Counted from the first letter of the stretch, positions 1-12,040 are shown. The stretch: DNA of 64,000 nucleotides from Octopus vulgaris (GCA_951406725.2 OX597815.1:180482001-180546000), one strand, 5' to 3'. Notes: generated by a model from the letters alone, not told the origin. A program made the numbers and translations.

Positions 1-44
1 AGAGAGAGATTACATTTCTTAAAAACTGAACAGTGGCATGCTTC

Positions 45-705
45 ATCATCATCATCATCATCATAATCATTTAACATCTGCCTTCCACGCTGACATGGGT
101 GGGAAGATTTGACAGAAGCCAGTCAAGCAGAAGCCTGCCCCAGACTCCAGTGACTGTTTTGGAAGGATTTTTACAACTGTGTGCCCTTCCTAACACCAAC
201 CACTCTACAGAGGGGGCCAAGTGCTTTTTACATGGCACCAGCACAGGCGAGGTTAGTTTTGGTAGGGGTTTTACAACCAGATGCCCTTCCAAATGCCAAC
301 CACTTTACAGTGTGGACTGGATGCCTTTTACGTGGCACCTGCACTGACAGGGTCACCAAGCACCTTGTAAGATAAATAAATGCAAATAAAAATCATGTCT
401 CGTGAATTTGATAAAGACAAGGGCCAATATGAGAACATGTTATAAAATAATTGCTGAATATGTTTTAGTCTCAGGTTTTGCCAGCTGATCATCATCATCA
501 TCATCATCATCTATTTTCCATGCTGGCATGGGTTGGATGGTTTGACTGGAGCTGGTAAAGTCAGGGGCAGCACCAAGCTCCATTGGCATGATTTCTATAG
601 CTAGGTGCTCTTCCTAATGCCAACCACTCCACAGAGTGTACTGGGCGTTTTTTATGTGGCACCAGCACCAATGCCTTCAATGTGGTACTAGCATGGGTGC
701 TTTTC
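45..705 (-). mobile_element. Two RTE-LINE 3'UTR fragments with (CAT)n tails
   Basis: (cat)n followed by ...ggatgcccttcctaatgccaaccactcc; same sequence follows LINE coding sequence at 5505-6121. Confidence 0.75.
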
Positions 706-1033
706 TATATTTTGTTGAATTTACCTGTAATTAGATTTGAGACAAAGATTATGAAGCAAATTTGGTTAAGAACCTATTGTTAAATTCTGTTCCAAAACTT
801 ACATCAACATGTTGATAAATAGGAAAATGAGAGTTGTTTTATTAAACCAGTCTAAATTCACGAGTAATTTATAATGTAACTGAAATACATAAGGGATGTA
901 TTTTGGTTAAAAAATATAGTGACAAAAGAGTTAAAGTGGCAAAGAAAAAGGTTAAAAAAATTCCAGAGAGGATTTACTGAGTATGTGAAATATGGAGTTG
1001 AAAGTAAGGGAAACCCACAATTCTAGCAGTTTT

Positions 1034-1369
1034 AGAAAATTAATATTTGTAAATCTCACAACGAGAGATATTCAAGCAACAGTATTTTGGAGTAAAGATT
1101 GTTTGCCAACATGATATGGCAGTCCTGGTTTCGGACGAATGTTGCTGTAATTTAGCCCCAGGAGACATCGTTTCCAGCTGGCTATATGATACGAACTGTG
1201 TCCTTATATTTTTGAACAAGGGGGTGCTAGATTCTCTTGTTCGAAAATATAAGGACACAGATCATGTCGTATAGCCAGCTATAGACAATGTCTCTTGGGG
1301 CTAAATTACAGCAACATTCATCCTAAACCAGGACTGCCGTGTTATGTTGGTAAACAATCTTTACTCTGG
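1034..1369. mobile_element. Penelope-type foldback element, family F1 (inverted before reaching the HHR)
   Basis: ~135-bp inverted arms, one longer; TSD agcagtttt at 1025-1033 and 1370-1378. Confidence 0.7.
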
Positions 1370-1499
1370 AGCAGTTTTGTTGGCATAATTAGTGTTGATA
1401 GATCTGTCTTGGAAAACAGGGAGGTGTTGTGAAGAAGTGAGATTTTAAACCAGATTGGCCAGAAGTTGAGAAGAGAATTCACTTCAATAAGTAACTTAC

Positions 1500-1565
1500 C
1501 CATTTTGTTCTGTCAATCAGTTCTTTTTCATAAATGCTGTTTTCAACTGGATCATAATCTAAACT
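1500..1565 (-). CDS. CLCN7: Internal coding exon of CLC-6/7-type Cl-/H+ antiporter (SLDYDPVENSIYEKELIDRTKW)
   Basis: 66-bp phase 0/0 exon with polypyrimidine tract+AG (1566-1567) and GTAAGT donor. The peptide matches the SLDYDxxEN motif exon of ClC-7 (human [22 protein letters not shown], also 22 codons, from recall). Confidence 0.9.
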
Positions 1566-1796
1566 CTTGAAATTGAAAATAAATGAAAGAAAATAAAGAA
1601 AATTTTGAATCTTTTATGACATTTAATTGTTTCTTCTGAACAGATTTAATCAACTATTGAAATTAAATATTATGAAAACGTTCAGTCGAAAATTCTATTT
1701 TTCAGTTCTAAATACCTTCGTTGTAAGTAATTACCACACCCCTAACACCAAACAGATAAAAATAATTTACTGAAATATTATCACAATATAATTCCT

Positions 1797-2219
1797 TAGA
1801 AAATTACTATTTGTAAATCTCACGAGAGATATTCAGTAGCAGTACTTTGGAGTAAAGATTGTTTGCCAACATAACATGGCAGTCCTGGTTTAGGACAAAT
1901 GTTGCTGTAATTTAGCCCCAGAGACATCGTCTCCAGCTGGCTATATGACATGATCTGTGTCCTTATATTTTCGAAACAAGGGAATCTAGCACCCCACCCA
2001 TTCAGCTCAAAACAATATCTGTGTATCGCGATTTCCAGGTTATTTCCCTTCATCAGCACAGAATAATTGTCCGACTAGAGGTGGCACTGCCAAATTCCCA
2101 TTCAAAATATATATTTTTCAAAGTGACAACTAGTCACTGATCTATAAATTAGAATAAATTACAGCAACATTTATCCAAAACCAGGACTGCCATGTTATGT
2201 TGGCAAATAATCTTTACTG
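1797..2219 (-). mobile_element. Penelope-type foldback element, family F1, containing HHR
   Basis: Long minus-strand copy plus short inverted copy (2155-2218); 13-bp TSD caatataattcct at 1784-1796 and 2220-2232. Confidence 0.75.
2018..2062 (-). ncRNA. Minimal type I hammerhead ribozyme
   Basis: tctgtg CTGATGA agg-gaaataa-cct g GAAA tcgcga TA cacaga: 6-bp stem I, palindromic stem III ATCGCGAT, AUA site. Confidence 0.7.
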
Positions 2220-2495
2220 CAATATAATTCCTGTTCAATGAACTGAACAAAACGATAAAACAATCGTCAATAGAGTAATGAACTACTAACTAGCAGGTCT
2301 TGAGTTCAAATTCACTGCAAGAGATTCATTTTACATCAAAGTCAAACAATTCTACACTTTTCGTAGCTGCTAAGAAATAAGAAGCAGATCTTCTGAAAGT
2401 ACCACTTGCAAGTAATTAGAGCCAAGTCTAATATCACATACATCACTAATCTACTTAAGATTAAATGATGCTTAGTTCCATATAAAACATTGCTA

Positions 2496-3163
2496 CATTA
2501 TTTACATTTGATGGATATTTGTCCTCATCTTGTTTATCGTTGTGCCGGTGGTACGTAAAAAGCACCATCTGACCGTGGCCGATGCCAGTGCCACCTAGAC
2601 TGGCTTCCATGCCGGTGGTACGTAAAAAGCACCAATCCGATCGTGGCCATTGCCAGCCTCGCCTGGCACATATAAAGCACCCACTACACTCACGGAGTGG
2701 TTGGCGTTAGGAAGGGCATCCAGCTGTAGAAACACTGCCAGATCAGACTAGAGCCTGGTGCAGCCTTCTGGCTTGCCAGATCCCCGGTCGAACCGTCCAA
2801 CCCATGCTAGCATGGAAATCGGACGTTAAACGATGATGATGATGATGACGACGTTTCAGCTGATATACCCTCCAGCCTTCATCAGGTGTCTTGAGGAAAT
2901 TTTGAACCTGGGTTCTCATTCCTAAGGTATTTTTCGATGTTATTATTATTACTATTATTATTTTTATTCAGGTCACCGCCTGGAATCAAACTCAGAATCT
3001 TGGATTTAGTAGCTCGCGTGCTTAACCACTATGCCATATCCCCGTGATGAAGGCAGGAGGGTATATCAGCCAAAACATTGTGTTAACAACAAACAAGATG
3101 AGGACAAATACCCATCAAATGTAAATAATGTACATAATTCCTCATCTCTTAAATATAGAACTG
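2496..3163 (-). mobile_element. tRNA-headed, HHR-containing Penelope-type element (copy 1), interrupted by LINE tail at 2541-2850
   Basis: A box at 3026-3036, B box at 2982-2991, HHR core at 2851-2890, inverted copy of its 3' end at 3043-3163, 13-bp TSD taaaacattgcta. Confidence 0.8.
2541..2850 (+). mobile_element. RTE-LINE 3'UTR fragment
   Basis: gtgccggtgg..aaaagcacc subrepeats, ggaagggcatccagctgtagaaa, (gat)n tail. Confidence 0.8.
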
Positions 3164-3228
3164 TAAAACATTGCTAAGTGCAATAACCATGTGATATTTT
3201 GTTAAATAGAAATATATATATATACATA

Positions 3229-3845
3229 AGTGCAGGTGTGGCTATGTGGTAAGAAGTTTGCTTCCTAACCACATGGTTCCAGGTTCAGTTCTACTGCGTG
3301 GCACCTTGGGCAAGTGTCTTCTACTATAGCCTCAAGTCAACTAAAGCCTTGTGACAGAATCTGAAAGAAGCTAGTTATACATGTGTGTATGTGTTTCTAT
3401 CTGTCCCCTACGAATTTCTTTACTGCCCACAAGGGGCTACACACAGAAGGGACAAACAAGGACAGACAAACGGATTAAGTCGATTATATCGACCCCAGTG
3501 CATAACTGGTACTTATTTAATCGACCCCGAAAGGATGAAAGGCAAAGTCGACCTCGGCGGAATTTGAACTCAGAACATAGCAGCAGACGAAATACTGCTA
3601 AGCATTTCGCCCAGCATGCTAACGTTTCTGCCAGCTCGCCACCTTTGTTTGTATCTGTCCCCTACCACCACTTGACAACTGGTGATGGTTTGTTTACATC
3701 TATGTATCCTAGCAGTATGGCAAAAGAGAGTTATGTACCAGACATTTAAAAAAAAAAAAAAGCACTGGGAGTTGATTTGTTTGACTAAAATTCTTCAAGG
3801 CATGGTCGCAGTCTAATGTTTAAAACAAAAGATTAAAAATAAAAG
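3229..3845 (+). mobile_element. tRNA/CORE-type SINE group A with nested group B SINE (3414-3642, minus)
   Basis: gtggctatgtggtaagaag...ccttgggcaagtgtcttctactatagc head; tail resumes after the nested element. Confidence 0.75.
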
Positions 3846-3854
3846 CAATAATAC

Positions 3855-3920
3855 CTCATAAAGATTGCTGAGACAAGTATTTTCAACCCCTTCCTGAATA
3901 ATTTCTGGGTATCGATCCCC
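3855..3920 (-). CDS. CLCN7: Internal coding exon (GDRYPEIIQEGVENTCLSNLYE)
   Basis: 66-bp phase 0/0 exon with strong acceptor (ttttatttttatag) and GAG|GT donor. It ends in LSxxYE like ClC-7 LLSLKYE and splices in frame to give YE|SLDYD. Confidence 0.85.
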
Positions 3921-4350
3921 CTATAAAAATAAAAAAAGAAAAGGAATTCAGTTAAGCATTTATTTATAACATGCATTCAATAAAAATTTCAGCTGGTGTT
4001 CATAACTGGTGTTAATATATTTTTACTAAGTCTGGTTACTTTGACGAAATAGAATGGCTTGGAATTGCAGAAGAGGAGGCTGAAGATAGCATTACAGATT
4101 ACTGGAGAAAATTTCATTGCATCTCAGAAAAATTTATACTCAGTGAAAGAATAAGACCGTATACATTGAAAGAACAGCCAGGAAAACCAGTGAAGATATT
4201 ACAAATTTCCATGGTGAGCAGGAGGAATTAAATGTAGAATTTGCAGAAGAGACTTTTAGAGAATCTTTTTGACAAAGAACAAACAGGAATTCTGATTGAA
4301 AGGCAGTTTTACATAGTTTTGTCTTATGCCAAAGCTGAGAAAACCTTTAA

Positions 4351-5182
4351 CCCTTCAGCAGTTAAACTGGTCGTATCTGGCCCAAATACTCTGCCTGTTT
4401 TATAGTCAAACTGGCCAGATCCAACCACTCATACCTATTTCTTTACTACCCACAAAGGGCTAAACACAGAGGGAACAAACAAGGACAAACAAACGGATTA
4501 AGTTGATTATATCGACCCCAGTTTGTAACTAGTACTTAATTTATTGACCCCGAAAGGATGAAAGGCAAAGTCGATCTCGGCGGAATTTGAACTCAGAACG
4601 TAGCGGCAGACGAAATACCTATTTCTTTACTACCCACAAGGGGCTAAACACAGAGGGAACAAACAAGGACAAACAAACGGATTAAGTTGATTATATCGAC
4701 CCCAGTTTGTAACTAGTACTTAATTTATTGACCCCGAAAGGATGAAAGGCAAAGTCGATCTCGGCGGAATTTGAACTCAGAACGTAGCGGCAGCGAAATA
4801 CCTATTTCTTTACTACCCACAAGGGGCTAAACACAGAGGGAACAAACAAGGACAAACAAACGGATTAAGTTGATTATATCGACCCCAGTTCATAACTGGT
4901 ACTTAATTTATTGACCCTGAAAGGATGAAAGGCAAAGTCAACCTTGGCAGAGTTTGAACTCAGAACGTAACGACAGACAAAATACGGCTATGCATTTTGC
5001 CCGGCGTGCTAACGATTCTGCCAGCTCGCCATCTTCCAACCACTCATACCTACCCTACAATGTCATTCTAAAAATAAGCAATCACATCAAAATCTCAAAG
5101 CCACGAGATAATACACAATTAACTGGAAACAATGTAAATAAATAGGTATCGCATTTGACAGAGGAATCTGAATGCTAAAGGG
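4351..5182. mobile_element. piggyBac-like MITE with nested SINE array
   Basis: TTAA flanks (4347-4350, 5183-5186) and CCCTT..AGCA / TGCT..AAGGG termini. Confidence 0.75.
4438..5034 (-). mobile_element. Group B SINE with three tandem ~185-bp units
   Basis: Repeated gccgaggtcgactttgcctttcatcctttcggggtcgat domain (Meta-domain-like); TSD tccaaccactcatacct at 4421-4437 and 5035-5051. Confidence 0.85.
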
Positions 5183-5504
5183 TTAAATTGAAGGGGCCAA
5201 TTGTACAATTCAAGTAGAAGTATCCAATATCAGAATTATGGACAGCGTGACCATGACTGGCCATCATTGTTAGGCGGTTGTGGTGGGGGAAATTCTAAAA
5301 GTTTAGTACTTTCAAAGTGAGTGCCACAGTTACGGTGAGCAAAGCTTTGAAGCACCATACAAAATAATGTGGAGAGACACAGGAAAAATAGCTTAACTGT
5401 TTAGCATTTTAAAGCAGTTATATCCAGCCAAAATATTCTACCTGTCTTAAGTTCAAACCAGCCAGATTTGGCCCCCACACCTCTTCCTTACAATGTTACT
5501 CTAA

Positions 5505-6121
5505 AATTATAGAATTTGGACAAGGATAGCTGTGTAAAGAACTGTGGAGGGAACCTGTGGCAGAGGTAGACACAGGAAGACATGGGATGAAGTGGTGAAG
5601 CATGATCTTCGAACTTTGGTCCTCACAGACGCAATGTCTAGTGACCAAGGCCTTTGGTGATATGCTGAGCCTGAGAAGACACGACAAGCCAAGTGAAATT
5701 GTAGTTGTAGCTGATGCTGGTGGTCCGTAACTGGCACCTAAAAAGCACCTTTCCAGCATTGGGGCTCACGGAGGTAAAGTGGTTGATACTGGTGGAACAT
5801 GAAAAGCTCCTTTCAATTGTTAGGCCTCATGGAGGCAATGACTGAGACCTTTGGCATTATGTCATGCTTGAGAAGAAGACCCATCAAGCCAAGCAAAATC
5901 ACAGTCATGGCAGATACTGGTGTCACACAAATGGCACCCGTGCCATGTAAAAGCACCCATTACACTCTCAGAAGGGGGTTGGCATTAGGAAGGGCATCCA
6001 GCCATAGAAACTGTGCCAAATCAGACTGGAGTCTGGTGCAGCCTTCCAGCCCGTCAGCCCTGGTCAAACTGTCCAACCCATGCCAGCATGGACAACGGAC
6101 ATTAAATGTTGATGATGATCA
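5505..6121 (+). mobile_element. RTE-LINE 3' end (ORF C-terminus plus 3'UTR), inside a second piggyBac-like MITE (~5393-6204)
   Basis: Translates as VEGTCGRGRHRKTWDEVVKHDLRTL..., followed by the UTR shared with the (CAT)n elements. Confidence 0.8.
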
Positions 6122-6649
6122 TCACCAAAACCTGAAAGGTATGATTACTTTGAAACAATGGGCATAAATAAGCGTTACATTTGACAGGGGAATGCTAAGG
6201 GGTTACAGAGATGCTTTTCTGCCGGTGAATGAGAAAGAATAACGTATAAACCAAGAACTGTCAAAATTTAATTGATTTTGGGGACTTACTAAACCAATAA
6301 CAGCAGCTGTCAAGGTTTTGTTGACAATGTGAAAATGCTATCGATAATTTTGGAGGCGTTTCAAATTAATTTGACCTTTTGATCTAATTTCAATCTTATG
6401 TTATCTTTCGTATGTTTCCTTAATAGGTCGTTACAACTGAATCGTTTCATTTAAAGCAATTTCTTTATCCACACCAGAATATCTTCTCATGAATATTTTT
6501 GTTGTATGTATTTATCCATCATTTCTCATTATGTTATTATTTTTAGAAAATGCAGAAATTCTGCTTAAACCCTTTCCTTACCAAATTTCTATTGAAATAC
6601 TCTGCTTTGTTTCAGTGGATTTAGAAAAGAATGATGAATTTAGTAAAAT

Positions 6650-7110
6650 ATCCATGCCAGTGGCACATAAAAGGCACCATTTGAGTGTGATCATTACCAG
6701 CGTCGCCTTACTGGCACTTATGCCTGTGCTAGTAGGGTGCCAAGAGCACCATCCGAGTGTGATTGTTACCAGAGCGACTAACTGGCTTCCATGTTGGTGG
6801 CACATAAAAGGAACCATTCGAGCATGATCATTATCACCATCGCCTTACTGGCACCTGTGCCAGTGGAATGTGTAAATAGATTCTAGCGAGGTCACTGCCA
6901 GTACCGCCTGATTAGACCTGTGCCGATGGCATATAAAAAGTACCCACTACACTCTAGGAGTGGTTGGTGTTAGGAAGGGCATCCAGCTGTAGAAACTCTG
7001 CCAGATCAAGATTGGAGCCTGGTACAGCCATATGGTTCATCAGCCCTCAGTCAAAATCATCCAACCCATGCTAGCATGGAAGGCAGATGTTAAACGATGA
7101 TGATGATGAT
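6650..7110 (+). mobile_element. RTE-LINE 3'UTR fragment nested in a decayed piggyBac-like MITE (~6565-7248)
   Basis: UTR subrepeats and (gat)n tail; flanks resemble the 9247-9451 MITE. Confidence 0.7.
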
Positions 7111-7633
7111 TATTATTAAGCTGATATTTAGAACATAAATTAACGAGAAAATTTGATGGCAGGTTTTAATTTAGACCCTTTTTAAAATCAGAAGTTTGTA
7201 TTCCAAAGCCAGAGGCAGTCACAGATGGAATGGTATCAAAAGTATTAATGCAATTCCAACAAAAGTCTCTTTCAAAAGTAGTATTCTATTCAGACTTGTG
7301 GTAACCAAGGAAAGAGTTTAGAAATTTTAACAAAAGATTCAGGTCAAAAGAGAAAGTTGTTCCTTGTTGATTTTGTTGTATTCTAAAAGGAAATGTAACT
7401 TTCAACTTAATTATTACATGGAATTCTAATTTTACCGTGGGTTATTTTAGTCGAATGCCAGTAATGGAAAACGGATGTTAAATGATGATGTGAATGGAAG
7501 CATAATTGGCAGCTTCTTTGCTATTAGCATAGAACTTATGTTACAGACACATCCATAACAAAGATCGGAACTAGATGCAAAACCGAAAAAGCTTGCTGCA
7601 AAACTGTCTTTTGGTTCCTTAATTGCATCGAGA

Positions 7634-8755
7634 GGCACAGGCATGGTTGTGTGCTAAGAAGCTTGCTTCCCAACCACATGGTCCTGGGTTCAGTCCCACT
7701 GCATAAAACCTTGGGCAGGTGTCTTCTACTATAGCCTCAGGCTGACCAATGACTTATAAATGGATTTGGTAGATGGAAACTGAAAGAAGCCAGTCGTATA
7801 TATGTGTATGTATGTGTGTGTCCCACCACTGCTTGATAACTGGCGTTGGTGTGTTTGTTTATCAGCTCAGAAAGAGGCAGGTACAACAAATACCAGGCTT
7901 AAAAAAATATGCCCTGGGGTTGATGCATCATCATCATCATCGTTTAACGTCCGTTTTCCATGCTAGCATGGGTTTGACGGTTTGACTGGGGACTGGTGAA
8001 CCAGATGGCTGCACCAGGCTCCAATCTGATCTGGCAGAGTTTCTACAGCTGGATGCCCTTCCTAACGCCAACCACTCCAAGAGTGTAGTGGTTGCTTTTA
8101 AAGTGCCACCAGCACAAGAGCCAGTCAGGTGGCACTGGCAACGGCCACGCTCGAAAATGGTGTTTTTTATGTGTCACCTGCACAGGAGTCAGTCCAGCAG
8201 CACTGGCAACGACCTCGCTCAAAACCAAAACTCCTTCAAAGTAGTGCCCTAGCATGGCCACAGTCTAATGATGACAAAAGATGAAAGATAACGTAACAAA
8301 TGAATGAGCTGCTGCAACACTCTTTCAGTTTCTTAATTGCGTCAAGAGATTCAGCTGATAACAGGAAATACTTGATAATCATCATCATCATCTAATGTCT
8401 GTGTTCCATGCTAGCATTGGTGAGATGGTACCACAAGAGCTGGCCAGGCTGAAGCCTGCACCGGGCTTCTGTGACTGTTTTGGCAATGTTTCTACAGCTG
8501 GATGCCCTTCCTAATGCCAACCACTCCAAGAGTGTAGTGGGTGCTTTTTTATGTGCCACTAGCACAGGAGCCAGTCAGGCAGGTCTGACATCGATCACAT
8601 TCAGATAGTGCTTTTTACGTGCCACCAGTACTGGGGCCAGTCAGGGCGTACTGACATCAGCCATGTTCAGTTGGTGCTTTTAAGGGCCACCAGCACAGGA
8701 GCCGGTCAGGCAGACCTGGTATCGACCACGTTCAGATGGTGGTTTTTATGTGCCA
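7634..8755. mobile_element. Group A SINE (+) split by LINE 3'UTR (7926-8222, minus), followed by another LINE 3'UTR (8378-8755, minus)
   Basis: Family motifs as above. Confidence 0.7.
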
Positions 8756-8827
8756 TATACACATACATACATACATACATACATATATACACATATATCT
8801 AATCATATATACAAATATACCTATACA

Positions 8828-8875
<48 letters not shown>

Positions 8876-9246
8876 AACGCTCGCACACAGACAGACACAC
8901 ACCAACATACACAGATACAGACACACACCAACACACACACACAGATACACACCAACACACACACACACACACAGATACACACTGACACACACACAAAACA
9001 GGCTGCAGAAATTTCAGCTAATTTTGGGGTCATTTTGAATGAAGTCTATGAAACACTCCAGTTTCTTGAACTGTTTAGAATCTGAAATCCTGTCATGTGG
9101 CAGTCTCAGTCCATGAAGACCCAAACCGCATTTTTGCCTTCTCTCCAAATCTGACTTCTAAACCACAGTGCCTCACAGCAAACCCCTTTGTTCTTCAGAG
9201 TATGAGCCAGTGCCATGTAAAAAGCAACGGCGCCTGAGTCACTTAA

Positions 9247-9451
9247 CCCTTTCGTTACCAACCCGGCCAAAACCGGCTCTGGCTCTGTAGTATTAATGTC
9301 TTGTTTTCATAAGTTTTTCATTAAAATCTTCCACCAAACCTTAGTTGCAATTTATGTTCCTAACAAGTTATTTTACAATATTCTTAATTATATTTAAAAT
9401 AATTGAAAGAAACACAGAGCATCTAAAAAAAAAAATATGGTAACGAAAGGG
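9247..9451. mobile_element. piggyBac-like MITE
   Basis: Perfect TIR ccctttcgttacca / tggtaacgaaaggg flanked by TTAA on both sides; inserted in a LINE-tail copy (9205-9645). Confidence 0.85.
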
Positions 9452-10234
9452 TTAATAAGAACCTAATGCATTGTGAAGTGGTTGGCATTAAGAATGGCAC
9501 TGAGTTATGGAAACCAAGCCAAAACAGATGACTAGAGTCTGTGGAGCCTGCTGCAGTTCTCTGGTTTGCCAGTTCCTATCAAACCATCCAACACATACCA
9601 GTATGGAAATGGATGGACGATGATGATGACGATGATGATGATGATTAAGCTTATTAGAGCAAAGGTTGCATATTTTCATCATGAATCCTTTTATTATCTC
9701 CATATATCATTACATTATCAGAATAATGTTCCATTTTTTTTCAAGTCCTTAAGTTCTTCATTGTCCTATCAAAAAACTACTGCTATTTGTCACTCCAATA
9801 ATTAATCACAGAAATTAGTTTAATTTATTATTTACTTCAACAGTTGTAAAGCGTTGATCTCTCTCGAAGAGGTGAGGTCACATGATAAGCCAGACAAAGG
9901 TCAGTAATAATGAGATGATGATTTTCATGAATTTGACAGAGAAAAAAAAAAATCACTAATGAGTCATAGGGAATGTACATCTATTAATAGGAAATACATA
10001 GTCAACGGCTAAATACTTTTTATCACAACAATTTAACAATACCATGAGGATTCTAAAGTTATAATTATTTCCTCAGCCAACAGTTTTTTTCAGATTTAAT
10101 GGATTCGTCGTCTTCAAAAGATCAACTCAGAGAGGAATAAAACATGGGTACGGTTTCCATAGAAATCAATAAGCTTGACTCGGTGAATATTTGAAGTTTT
10201 GTAAAACAGACGATTAAGTCCTGGTGTTTATAAC

Positions 10235-10352
10235 AGATACAAGCATGGGGTAGGGGCTTTACTTGTAGATACAAGCATGGGGTAGGGGCTTTACTTGTAG
10301 ATACAAGCATGGGTAGGGGCTTTACTTGTAGATACAAGCATGGGGTAGGGGC
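10235..10352 (+). repeat. 32-bp minisatellite, ~3.7 units
   Basis: agatacaagcatggggtaggggctttacttgt repeated; abuts LINE tail at 10353-10554. Confidence 0.9.
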
Positions 10353-10973
10353 TGGCCCTCGTGCCGGTGGCACATAGAAGCACCCACTACACTCCCGGAG
10401 TGGTTAGCGTTAGGAAGGGTATCCAGCTGTAGAAACTCTGCCAGATCAGATTGGAGTCTGGTGCAGCCATCTGGTTTGCCAGATCTCAGTCAAATCGTCC
10501 AACCCATGCTAGCATGGAAAGCAGACGTTAAACGATGATGATGATGATGATGATAGTAATAAAATTCACGAGATGACAGAATCATATTTTCCACAGGCAA
10601 TAAAAAGTCCAGTCACCAGAGATCAATTGTTTGTTTCAATGTTTGGAATTTTTTCCTTTCCTTTTAAGCATTTCCATTAACAAATAAATTTGAGTAGAAT
10701 TTAATGCCAAGCAGTTTTTAGGAGGTTTTTGTGAGTGAAAGACAATTCATTACCATTGATTGTGTGTCCATTACAGATCCAAAAATTTTTGCTGAGATTC
10801 TTGTTATTACAATTAAGTACTTTGGGAAAATGTCCTTAATCTTACAATTGAGACTTCATTTATCAACAGTAAAATATTCTTTGTGACAGTCTTTGAAATA
10901 AGTTTTTGTCAATCTGAATTGAATTTACATTATTTACATTTGGCAGATATTTGTCCTCATCTCGTTTGTTGTT

Positions 10974-11019
10974 AACACAACGTTTCGGCTGATATACCCT
11001 CCAGCCTTCATCAGGTGTC
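10974..11019 (-). ncRNA. Minimal type I hammerhead ribozyme
   Basis: gacac CTGATGA a ggctg-gagggtatat-cagcc GAAA cg TT gtgtt; palindromic stem III ACGT. Confidence 0.75.
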
Positions 11020-11179
11020 TTGGGGAAATTTCGAACCTGGGTTCTCATTCCTAAGGTATTTTACAATGTTGTTGTTATTATTATAATTATTATTATTATT
11101 CAGTTCTATATTCAAGAGATGAGGAATTATGTACATTATTTACATTTGACAGATATTTGTCCTCTTCTTGTTTGTTCTT

Positions 11180-11225
11180 AACACAATGTTTCGGCTGATA
11201 TACCCTCCAGCCTTCATCAGGTGTC
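11180..11225 (-). ncRNA. Second tandem hammerhead (stem III CpG-decayed, ACAT)
   Basis: Same sequence as 10974-11019 with GAAAcaTT. Confidence 0.6.
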
Positions 11226-11614
11226 ATGGGGAAATTTCGAACCTGGGTTCTCATTCCTTTGGTATTTTGCCATGTTGTTATTATTATTATTATTATTATT
11301 ATTGTTATTCAGGTCGCTGCCTGGAATCAAACTTGGAATCTTGGGGTTAATAGCCTGCGCACTTAACCACTATGCCATATGCCCATGGAAATAATGTAAA
11401 TAATGTACATAATTCCTCATCTCTTAAATATAGAACTGGATTGAATTTATCTTAAAAATGCAACATCTCGGTCAATCGCTCAATCCATCATTCAATATCT
11501 CCCAGCATTATTCACTTTGTTCAGTGCTCCAAGATTTGATCAGCATCACTGAGTACTGAGCATCAATGTAACCAACTTAAAACTTCCTCCTCCTCCTAAT
11601 TTACTGGCCTTGAG

Positions 11615-11915
11615 CCAACATTTGAAACCAATATAAAATGTCACTAGAAGCTGGGATCACCAAGCGTAGATTGGCATATTTCGGTCATATTATGCGGAGA
11701 GAATCCCTGGAGAAGGACATCATGCTCGGAATGGTCAGTGGCAAGAGAGGAAGAGGCCGACCAAGAACCCGCTGGCTTGACGCCATCAAGAGTGATACCG
11801 GAATGGACATGGCCAGTCTGAAGGAAGTGGCCCAGGATAGAACTGACTGGAGGACACTGATCCAACGAGTGACCGAGAGTCGACTTTGACTGAGCGGATA
11901 GAGAGAGAGAGAGAG
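11615..11915 (+). mobile_element. RTE/BovB-like LINE 3' end with (GA)n tail
   Basis: LAYFGHIMRRESLEKDIMLGMVSGKRGRGRPRTRWLD...DRTDWR; same family as 38445-39388. Confidence 0.9.
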
Positions 11916-12040
11916 TATATTAAATGATAATGATATATATATATTTTTACAGTCTGCGTTTTTCTATATGTTGCTTGCTCAGTTTTTTCGTGGTTCTTCT
12001 ATTATTCAATTTTTTTTTAGTTCGTTATGATGTGTGGTTT

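Larger units (their letters stand above)
10928..11438 (-). mobile_element. tRNA-headed, HHR-containing Penelope-type element (copy 2, partial tandem)
   Basis: A box at 11367-11377, B box at 11323-11332, two tandem HHR units, inverted terminal piece at 11390-11438, TSD attgaattta at 10918-10927 and 11440-11449. Confidence 0.8.

Noticed and set aside
2970-3043. tRNA gene candidates (this and other A/B-box sequences)
   Set aside because: No complete cloverleaf or terminator; they are heads of repeated elements.
4040-4230. ~60-codon open frame on plus strand ending near a GTGAG donor
   Set aside because: Antisense to the host gene, no clear acceptor or recognisable homology.
4438-5034. Regularly spaced repeats resembling a CRISPR array (also 23266, 30498, 58832)
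   Set aside because: Contiguous tandem units without unique spacers, no cas genes, eukaryotic context.
9712-9765. Possible extra CLCN7 exon (DNEELKDLKK...)
   Set aside because: In-frame stop as assembled and weak donor; would need a homopolymer error and RNA-seq support.
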